A stretch of 64,000 nt of DNA from Candidatus Lambdaproteobacteria bacterium. Its GTDB lineage: Bacteria; SAR324; JACQKK01. Positions 9,107 through 16,666 of this stretch are shown piece by piece. Position 1 is the first letter of the stretch; the number at the start of each line of letters is the position of its first letter. A program made the translations under genes and the position numbers. The notes beneath the pieces were generated by a model, which worked only from the letters and a program-made list of their open reading frames with translations, ran no database searches and was not told the origin of the DNA. Location: the NCBI GenBank assembly GCA_016204605.1, contig JACQKK010000010.1:7636-71635 (forward strand), written 5' to 3'.

Positions 9107-10351
9107 CTAGCGCACCGCCCGCCCGACGCCCCACCGGAAGGCCAGCGCCGTCGCCACCAGCAGGGTCGCGATCAGCGCGAAGGGCGCCCGGAAGTCGTGA
9201 CCGCCGGACAGCCCGATCAGCAGGCCGGCCAGCAGAGGCCCCGACGCATGCCCCACGTCGTAGATCGTGCCGAAGGTGCCCATGGCCGAGCCCAACTGCC
9301 GCTCGTCGCACAGGTCGGCCACCAGAGCCGCGGCCGACGAGGTGACCAACGCCTCGCCCAGGCCGAATGAGGCCGCCAGCACCATCAGGACGGCGAAGCT
9401 CTGGAACCAGGGAATGAGGGCGAAAGGGATGGCGCAGGCGAACATGCCCCAGAAGATGACGGGGTGACGTCCGTAGCGATCGGACAGCGCCCCCATCAGG
9501 GGCTTGGCTGCGATGGTGACCACGATCTGCGCTCCCCACAGCAGGCCGGCCTGCAAGGCCGACAGCCCGACCACCAGCACCACGTAAACCGGCAGGAACG
9601 CCTCCAGCGCGCCGACCGACAGGTTCTGCACCCCTTCCACGTTGCTGGTCAGCAGCACCCGCCGGTCCAGCAGGATCTCGCGCACGCCGGCCTGGAACTG
9701 GCGCCACACCCCTTTCAGGGAGCGCTGGCTCTCCGGAACCGGCGCCGCGGCGTGTCCGCGCAACATCCACAGGGCCAGCAGCAGCGACGCCATGCCCAGG
9801 GCAGCCACGACGCCATAGACCACGTGGAAATGGGCCAGCTCCTGGGGACCCCCGCTGGACAGTGCGGTCACCAGGAACCCGCCCAAGGGGGCGCCGATGA
9901 GGTTGCCCACGATGGTGACCGAGGAGAACCAGGATAGCGCCTCGGCCCGCCGCGAGCCTGCCGCTTCCAGCACGACCGCCATGGAGACCGGCCCGTAGAT
10001 CGCCGTGGCGAAACCGTGTAGGAATCGCACGAGCACCAGCATCTCGTAGGTGGATACCCACAGGTAGGCCAACGGGACGATGGCGAACACCACTAGCCCG
10101 ACGAACAAAGTGCGCGTCCTGCCGATCACGTCGGAAACCACGCCGGCAGGCATCTTGAACAACACGCCCGTCACGGTCGAGATGGCCACGGCCAGGCCGA
10201 TCGCCTCCGGCCCCGCGCCCAGCGCCGCGGCGAACAGCGCCAGCACGGGCGTCCGCGCCAGGGCGTACGAGGCCCTGGCCAGAAATCCGATCCCACACAG
10301 CCCCACGAGCTCCGACCTGTAGGTGGGTGGCGCGGACGTTGCGGTCTCCAT
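9107..10351 (-). CDS. MFS transporter
   Basis: It has twelve-TM character (METATSAPPTYRSELVGLCGIGFLARASYALARTPVLALF...). The start is placed at METAT; the ORF tool's upstream extension is arginine-rich. Confidence 0.75.
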   Translation of the reverse strand: METATSAPPTYRSELVGLCGIGFLARASYALARTPVLALFAAALGAGPEAIGLAVAISTVTGVLFKMPAGVVSDVIGRTRTLFVGLVVFAIVPLAYLWVSTYEMLVLVRFLHGFATAIYGPVSMAVVLEAAGSRRAEALSWFSSVTIVGNLIGAPLGGFLVTALSSGGPQELAHFHVVYGVVAALGMASLLLALWMLRGHAAAPVPESQRSLKGVWRQFQAGVREILLDRRVLLTSNVEGVQNLSVGALEAFLPVYVVLVVGLSALQAGLLWGAQIVVTIAAKPLMGALSDRYGRHPVIFWGMFACAIPFALIPWFQSFAVLMVLAASFGLGEALVTSSAAALVADLCDERQLGSAMGTFGTIYDVGHASGPLLAGLLIGLSGGHDFRAPFALIATLLVATALAFRWGVGRAVR

Positions 10352-10377
10352 GGAGGGTCCCCCTTCCAGCATCGCGG

Positions 10378-11421
10378 TCAGGAATCCCGGTGCCCGACAC
10401 CGCGGAAGAACGCGTAGAGGTCGTCGAACAGCGCGGCGCCGCGGGCGAGCCGGGCCTTGTCCTCGGCCTGCGTCATCGTGATGCCGGCGATCAGCCGCTC
10501 CAGCCCGGCGGCCTCGGGCCGTTGGTACTTGCCATCCTTCAGATCGAGATCGTGGACAATCTCCGCCAGCGCATCGAGTGCGGGGTCGTGGAGGCCGCTG
10601 CGCGCGAGGAGCACCTCGAACGTGCAGGCATCGCCCTCGTGGGTGAACTCCGCCTCGAACATGTCGAAGCGCACTTCCCCCACCCGCGGACGGTAGCCGC
10701 GACCGCGCACGAACCGGAAGCTCGCGTCGGGGTCCACGAATCGCCGGATCAGCCAAGCCGAGGCCATGCGGTCCACGTGCACCCCTGCGCGGGTGACCCA
10801 CAGATGCCCGCGCAGCGATGCGAGGTCGCTCCCCGAAGCCGCCCCGGCTGTCGGCGACTGTGCGGCGCGCAGGCGACCTTCGAGCGCGAGCAACTGCGCC
10901 TCGGCGGCGCCGCGCCCCGCGGCCGCGAAGAAGTCGAGGTCTGCCGTCTCAGCGAGCCGTCGGCGGAGCCGGGCCAGGTCGCGCCGCATCTGGGCCAGCC
11001 GCTCCGCCTCGGAGTCGGGCGTATCCACGGATTCAAGCGCGGCGCGGGCCTCGTCGGCGATGCGGGTGTATTCCTCGTTGCGGGCACGCCGGAACAGGTC
11101 GCGCAGCGCCGCGTCGTCGAGCCCCGCCACCAGCCGTGTCTCGCACACGACCGCCTCGCCGCCGGCCGTGGCGATCTCCCGTGCGATCCAGGTCAGGTCC
11201 TCGCGCTGGGGCTCACCGGCGGGCAGCACGTAGACGCTGTTCTTGAGCAGCGCCGCCCCCGCCCGGTACAGGCGCCGCCCCACCTTCACCCGGAGGTAGG
11301 CGGGCTCCGGGGGCAACTGATGGATCAGCATGAGCCAAGCATCCGATGGGGGCTCGACGACGCCCTCCGGCACCGCGCCCGAGCGCTTCCCTTCATCGGT
11401 TTCTTCAATTTGAATCATCAC
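10378..11421 (-). CDS. ChrB-domain (chromate resistance regulator-like) protein
   Basis: The 347-aa product contains ...WLMLIHQLPPEPAYLRVKVGRRLYRAGAALLKNSVYVLPAGEPQREDL... at the N-terminus and WLIRRFVDPDASFRFV at the C-terminus, matching ChrB N- and C-domains. The start may be the GTG at 11421 or the ATG at 11418. Confidence 0.5.
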   Translation of the reverse strand: MMIQIEETDEGKRSGAVPEGVVEPPSDAWLMLIHQLPPEPAYLRVKVGRRLYRAGAALLKNSVYVLPAGEPQREDLTWIAREIATAGGEAVVCETRLVAGLDDAALRDLFRRARNEEYTRIADEARAALESVDTPDSEAERLAQMRRDLARLRRRLAETADLDFFAAAGRGAAEAQLLALEGRLRAAQSPTAGAASGSDLASLRGHLWVTRAGVHVDRMASAWLIRRFVDPDASFRFVRGRGYRPRVGEVRFDMFEAEFTHEGDACTFEVLLARSGLHDPALDALAEIVHDLDLKDGKYQRPEAAGLERLIAGITMTQAEDKARLARGAALFDDLYAFFRGVGHRDS

Positions 11422-11675
11422 AACGATACAGATGTATCATTTCCGCCCGCCTGTCAAGAGAGGTTCGGTCGGGTCATGGCGGCGGGTGCCGCCGGGGCTG
11501 CAACCCGTGGCGACTTGGGATATGGTGTGCCCGCGCTGCCATGGAACAGCGGGCGCGGAGCCCCGGGCAAGGGGCTCGGGCTCCCCCGCCTGCACCGCGA
11601 CGCTGCACGGCCCCGGGATCGCCCAGCAGGGTACCGGGCGCACAATCCCTACACCCCTCGCGAGGAGTGGCGACG

Positions 11676-12458
11676 ATGGAAATCTCGATGACGGGCCGAG
11701 CGGCCCTGATCACCGGCGGAAGCATGGGCATGGGCAGGGGCATGGCGAAGCGCTTCGCCGAATCGGGCGCCGACGTGGCGATCGTGGCGCGCCGCCCCGA
11801 GCAACTGGCCGAGGCCAAGGCGGAGATCGAGCAGGTCGCCAAGGGCAAGGTGCTTAGCCTCCCCTGTGACGTGACCAAGCCCGACCAGATCGCAAAGAGC
11901 TTCGGGCTGGCGGTCAAGGCGTTCGGCAAGGTGGATATCCTGGTCAACAATGCCGGCAGCTCTCAGCGCGGGCCGTTCGTCGAGCTGACCGACGAGGTGT
12001 GGCAGTACGATATCGAGCTCAAGCTGTTCGGGGCCATCCGCTTCAGCCGGCTGGCGTTTCCCGAGATGAAGGCCCGGCGCTGGGGCCGGATCATCAACGT
12101 GCTGAACACGGGCGCCAAGGCCCCCTCGGCGGGCGGTGCACCCACGGCCGTCACGCGCGCGGCGGGCATGGCGCTGACCAAGGTGCTGGCCGGCGAGGGT
12201 GCGCCGCACAATGTGCTCGTCAACGCGCTCTTGACCGGGCGCATCGTCAGCGACCAGTGGACGCGGCGCCACAAGCGCGAGTACAGCCATCTCTCCTGGG
12301 AGGAGTTCCTCAAGCAGCAGGGCAAGAACCTGCCGATGGGCCGACTGGGCGAGACGGTCGAGTTCGCCAACATGGCGTGCTTCCTCGCCTCCGATGCGGG
12401 CTCGTACATCACCGGCACCGCCATCAACGTGGATGGCGGGCTCTCGCCGGTGGTGTGA
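11676..12458 (+). CDS. SDR family oxidoreductase
   Basis: The product has TGGSMGMGRGMA (the cofactor motif), NNAG, and a catalytic region. The start is at MEISMTG. Confidence 0.8.
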   Translation: MEISMTGRAALITGGSMGMGRGMAKRFAESGADVAIVARRPEQLAEAKAEIEQVAKGKVLSLPCDVTKPDQIAKSFGLAVKAFGKVDILVNNAGSSQRGPFVELTDEVWQYDIELKLFGAIRFSRLAFPEMKARRWGRIINVLNTGAKAPSAGGAPTAVTRAAGMALTKVLAGEGAPHNVLVNALLTGRIVSDQWTRRHKREYSHLSWEEFLKQQGKNLPMGRLGETVEFANMACFLASDAGSYITGTAINVDGGLSPVV

Positions 12459-12496
12459 GCCGCGGGCCGCGCCGGCATGGCCGACCCCGCGGCCGC

Positions 12497-12870
12497 ACCC
12501 CCTACCCTCTGCATTCACATGGCAAGGGGCGATCGCACCCGACCGACCCCATGGCCTATCAAGAAACTCGCGCAGTCGTTACATTTCAAAGGCTTGCGAA
12601 TCCGCAACAGCAGATTCCTCGCTCCGCTCGAAATGACACGACCTTGTCACCCAGAGCGCAGCGAGGGGTCTGCTTTTGGACGGCCTCCGGATTCCGCACG
12701 GTCCGACCGGTTTCATAGCCCTCGGTGCGCCCGTCGCCCATGGTGACTCACCCCCTTCCCCTCTCCGTTCACATGGCGAGGGGCGACCGCTCCCGGCTGA
12801 TCAAGCGGCGTGGCCGCCGCCGCCACCTCCCCCTCTCCACCAGGAGAGGGAGCTGGGGGTGTGGCCGCAC
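12497..12870. repeat. composite intergenic repeat block: two direct copies of a 'cc.tctc..ttcacatggc.aggggcga' GC-hairpin unit flanking a 'gaaatgacacgaccttgtcacccagagcgcagcgaggggtctgc' core, plus a cccctctccaccaggagaggg hairpin
   Basis: The direct repeats lie at about 12502-12545 and 12749-12792. The core at 12601-12690 is shared with 58250-58330 and 59700-59790. Spurious ORFs read through the block as ...MTRPCHPERSEGS.... Confidence 0.7.
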
Positions 12871-13108
12871 GACGCTTCCGCGTGCGGCTACCATGGCCGC
12901 GGAGAATGGGCATGGCCTGGTACGCGCGGTTGCCGCCGGTTGACAAACCGCGCCCTTGCCGCCGAGGATGGCACCATCGTTCTCATCGGGGGGGATACCG
13001 CCGGCGGGAGTTGGATCGGTCGCAAGGCGGTCTTGGTCGTCTCCGGCACGCGCGCGAGCGCGCTCCGGGGCGACAGCGCATCCGAATGTTCTCCCGGAGA
13101 ATGCTGCA

Positions 13109-14710
13109 ATGTCGAACGCCCGTTATGCGGCCTGGGTGGCCGCCTTCTGCGCCCTGATCACCCTGGGGGCCGCGCAGGCGCCCGCGCAGAAGTACGGCGG
13201 AACGGTGAAGGTGATGTTCCGCACGGACCCGCCCAGCCTGAACATCCACGAAGGCTCGGCCAACGACTACTCGTTGCCGATGATGCCGGCCCACAGCAAC
13301 CTGGTGCTCTACAAGCCCGAGGAGCAGGTCGAGCGCCTGGACACCATCATGCCGGAACTGGCGGAAAGCTGGAGCTGGAGCCCCGACCACACCCGGCTCA
13401 CCTTCAAGTTGCGCCAGGGGGTGACGTTCCACGACGGCAAGCCGTTCAGCAGCGCCGACGTCAAGGCCACCTATGACATGGCGCGCGGGGCCGACGCCAA
13501 GCGGCGCCTGCGGCTCAACCCGCGCAAGTCGTGGTTCAAGAACATCACGGAGATCACCACCCGCGGCGACCAAGAGGTGACGTTCACGCTCGGCCGGCCC
13601 CAGCCGGCGCTGCTGGCCATGCTGGCCTCGGGGCAATCGCCGGTGCTCGCCGCGCACCTGAGCCCCGCCGAGCTGCGCAGCCGCGAGAACGGCACGGGGC
13701 CCTTCCGGCTCAAGCAGCACAACCGCGACAAGAACGTCCTGCTCGAGAAGAATCCCCACTACTTCGTGAAGGGCCGCCCGTACCTCGACGCCATCGACTA
13801 CATCATCATCCGCAGCCGCGGCACGCGCATCGCCGCCATGCAGGCCAATCAGCTCGACATCGGCTACCCGACCGAAACGGATCAGCAGGCCTACGAGACC
13901 CTCAAGAAGGCGGTGCCGAAGATGAAGTTCCACCGCTCGACGACCAACTCCCACATGGAGGTGGTCATGAACCTGCAGAAGCCGCCCTTCAACAACCGCC
14001 GGCTGCGCGAGGCCGTGAACCTGGCGCTGGACCGCGAGGAGTTCGTCAAGGTCTTGTTCGGCGGGGCGGGCGTGGTGGGGTCGGTGCACCTCCCGCCGCC
14101 CTTCGGCACGTTCGGCCTGCCGCAGGAGGATCTGGTCAAGCTGCCCGGCTACAACCCCGCCGATCTCCCCCGGAACCGCGAGCGCGCCCGGCAGATGCTG
14201 GTAGAGCTGGGGTACTCCGCGGAGAAGCCGCTCAGCCTGGTGATGCACGTGCGCGCCACCAACGTCTACATCCACATGGCGACTTGGGCGACCGACCAGC
14301 TCTCCCGGATCGGCATCAAGGTCGAAATCAGGCAGGTCGAGACGGCGAACTGGTTCCCCATGCTGACCCGACGCGACTTCCAGATGCTGCTCAACACCCC
14401 CGCCATCGCCATCGACGATCCCGACGCCAACCTGTACGAGAACTTCTCCTGCGGCTCGGAGCGCAACTACGGCGACTACTGCGAGAAGGACATGGAGGCA
14501 AAGTTCGCCGAGCAGTCGTCGGAGATCGATCAGGCGAAGCGCGTGCGGCTGGTGCACGCCATCGACCGGCGCATCGAAGGCGACTTCGCCCGCCCCAACC
14601 TGGGCTGGCGCATCGACTACTACGCCTATTGGCCGCACGTGAAGGATTTCTACCCCCACAACACCATCTACAACTACTTCCGCATGCAGGACGTCTGGCT
14701 GGACAAGTAG
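13109..14710 (+). CDS. ABC transporter substrate-binding protein, family 5 (peptide/nickel/opine type)
   Basis: A signal peptide (MSNARYAAWVAAFCALITLGAAQA) is followed by KYGGTVKVMFRTDPPSLN..., the SBP_bac_5 fold. The start sits inside the tool ORF 12956..14710, whose 5' extension lies in repeat DNA. Confidence 0.8.
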   Translation: MSNARYAAWVAAFCALITLGAAQAPAQKYGGTVKVMFRTDPPSLNIHEGSANDYSLPMMPAHSNLVLYKPEEQVERLDTIMPELAESWSWSPDHTRLTFKLRQGVTFHDGKPFSSADVKATYDMARGADAKRRLRLNPRKSWFKNITEITTRGDQEVTFTLGRPQPALLAMLASGQSPVLAAHLSPAELRSRENGTGPFRLKQHNRDKNVLLEKNPHYFVKGRPYLDAIDYIIIRSRGTRIAAMQANQLDIGYPTETDQQAYETLKKAVPKMKFHRSTTNSHMEVVMNLQKPPFNNRRLREAVNLALDREEFVKVLFGGAGVVGSVHLPPPFGTFGLPQEDLVKLPGYNPADLPRNRERARQMLVELGYSAEKPLSLVMHVRATNVYIHMATWATDQLSRIGIKVEIRQVETANWFPMLTRRDFQMLLNTPAIAIDDPDANLYENFSCGSERNYGDYCEKDMEAKFAEQSSEIDQAKRVRLVHAIDRRIEGDFARPNLGWRIDYYAYWPHVKDFYPHNTIYNYFRMQDVWLDK

Positions 14711-14989
14711 CGACGTCCCCCTCGCCGACCTCGGGCCCGCCCGCGTCTCCGCCCGCGGGCCCGGGGCCTGCCCGCGGCAGTGCCCTCGCGATGCGCGCGG
14801 CTTCCCAGCGCGTTCCCCGACGAATCGGCGGTTGACAATTTTGCTGGATGTAGCAGCATATCGGCACCGTATCCATGGGGCTCCGCCCGATGGCGCCGTC
14901 CGGGCGCCGGGGGTCGGGCGGATCGCCGGGTGGGCGTTCGCGCACCCGCGCATCCCCATACGCCAAACCGTCTACTTGGGGAGATGCAT

Positions 14990-16597
14990 ATGGCCAGGGG
15001 CTATCGTCCGTTATTCGTGTTCGGAATCGGCATCGCGCTTGCGCTGGGCGTGGAGACCCAGGCGCTGGCCGTCAAGTACGGCGGGGAAGTGCGCGTGATG
15101 GCCCGCACCGACCCGCCCAGCTACAACATCTACGAGGGCTCCTCGAACGACTGGTCGCTGCCGCTCATGCCGCAGCACAGCAACCTGGCGCTGTTTCGGC
15201 CCGAAGCGCAGATCGAATCGATCGACACGATCATGCCCGAAGTGGCGACCGGCTGGGCCTGGAGCTACAACGACACCACGCTCACCTTCAAGCTGCGCGA
15301 GGACGTGAAGTTCCAAGATGGCAAGCCCGTCACCAGCAAGGATGTCAAGGACACCATCGACATGGTGCGCGGGGCCTCGCCGCGCAAGATGCGGCTGAAC
15401 CCGCGCAAGTCCTGGTGGGAGAATATCAAGGAGATCCGGACCAACGGCGATCACGAGGTGGCATTCGTGCTGAAGCGGCCACAGCCCTCGCTGCTCGCGA
15501 TGCTGGCCTCGGGCAACACGCCTATCCTCGATGCCAGCCTGTCGGCCGACGACTACCGCACCAAGGTCAACGGCTCCGGACCGTTCCGGCTCAAGGAGCA
15601 CAACCGCGGCAAGTACGTGCTGCTGGAAAAGAATCCGAACTACTTCGTCAAGGGCCGCCCATACATGGACGGCATCAATTACGTCATCATCCCCAACCGC
15701 GGCACGCGCCTGGCCGCCATGCAGAGCGGTCAGCTCGACATCTCCTACCCCACCGAGTCGGACCAGACGGCATACGAGCTGTACAAGGACGTCCCGGGGA
15801 TGAGGCACTTCCGTTCGACGACGAACTCCAACTTCAACGTGATCCTGAATCTGAAGAAGCCGCCCTTCGACAACCTGAAGGTGCGGAAGGCGATCAGCAT
15901 GGTGCTGGATCGCGAGGAGTTCGTGAAGGTGATCTTCAATGGCGCGGGGGTGGTTTCCGGGGCCAACATGCGCCCGCCCTTCGGCACTTTCGGCCTGCCG
16001 ATCGAGGAGCTGCGCAAGCTGCCCGGTTACGACCCTGGGGCGCTGGACGAGAACCGCGAGCGCTCCCGCAAGCTGCTGGCGGAGGTGGGGTACACGGAGC
16101 AGAAGCCGCTGAAGCTGGTGATGCACGTCCGGACGGCCAGCATTTACATCAACATGGCCTCCTGGGCGATCGACCAGATGAAGCGGGTGGGGATCGCCGT
16201 AGACCTCAAGCAGGTGCAGACGGCGAACTGGTTCCCGATGGTGGCCCGGCGTGAGTTCCAGATGCTGCTCAACGCCACCGGCCCGAACATCGACGATCCT
16301 GACGTGAATCTGCTCGAGAACTTCGGCTGCGGCTCCCAGCGCAACTATTCGGACTACTGCGATGAGATCACGCAGAAGATGATCAACACCCAGTCCGAGC
16401 AGACAGATCAGCTGACGCGCGTCAACATGGTGCACCAGATCGACCGCAAGCTGGAGCTGGACGTGGCGCGGCCGATCGTGGGCTGGCGCATCGACTACTA
16501 TTCCTACTGGTCGCACGTGAAGAACTACTATCCCCACAACAGCATCTACAACTTCTTCCGCATGCAGGACGTCTGGCTGGACCGGCCGGCGCAGTAG
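14990..16597 (+). CDS. ABC transporter substrate-binding protein, family 5 (tandem paralog)
   Basis: It is about 60% identical to the upstream SBP (KYGGEVRVMARTDPPSYN...). The start is at MARGY; an alternative ATG lies 6 nt upstream. Confidence 0.8.
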   Translation: MARGYRPLFVFGIGIALALGVETQALAVKYGGEVRVMARTDPPSYNIYEGSSNDWSLPLMPQHSNLALFRPEAQIESIDTIMPEVATGWAWSYNDTTLTFKLREDVKFQDGKPVTSKDVKDTIDMVRGASPRKMRLNPRKSWWENIKEIRTNGDHEVAFVLKRPQPSLLAMLASGNTPILDASLSADDYRTKVNGSGPFRLKEHNRGKYVLLEKNPNYFVKGRPYMDGINYVIIPNRGTRLAAMQSGQLDISYPTESDQTAYELYKDVPGMRHFRSTTNSNFNVILNLKKPPFDNLKVRKAISMVLDREEFVKVIFNGAGVVSGANMRPPFGTFGLPIEELRKLPGYDPGALDENRERSRKLLAEVGYTEQKPLKLVMHVRTASIYINMASWAIDQMKRVGIAVDLKQVQTANWFPMVARREFQMLLNATGPNIDDPDVNLLENFGCGSQRNYSDYCDEITQKMINTQSEQTDQLTRVNMVHQIDRKLELDVARPIVGWRIDYYSYWSHVKNYYPHNSIYNFFRMQDVWLDRPAQ

Positions 16598-16666
16598 GGC
16601 TCGCGGCGCCCCGGCCCGCGCGTTCGGACTTCCGAGGGGCGTGGGCGGGGCGCCATGCCCGGCACC

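Noticed and set aside
8721-10400. The 559-aa minus-strand ORF overlapping the MFS transporter in another frame
   Set aside because: It is a frame artefact. The 9107..10351 frame gives a coherent 12-TM MFS protein, while this frame is Arg/Gly-rich.
12459-13108. A possible CRISPR array or small protein genes (for example the 89-aa 'MTRPCHPERSEGS' ORF) in the repeat-rich gap
   Set aside because: The repeats are of two unrelated families, irregularly spaced and partly inverted, with no uniform repeat-spacer periodicity. The ORFs read across hairpin repeats and recur wherever the repeat recurs.
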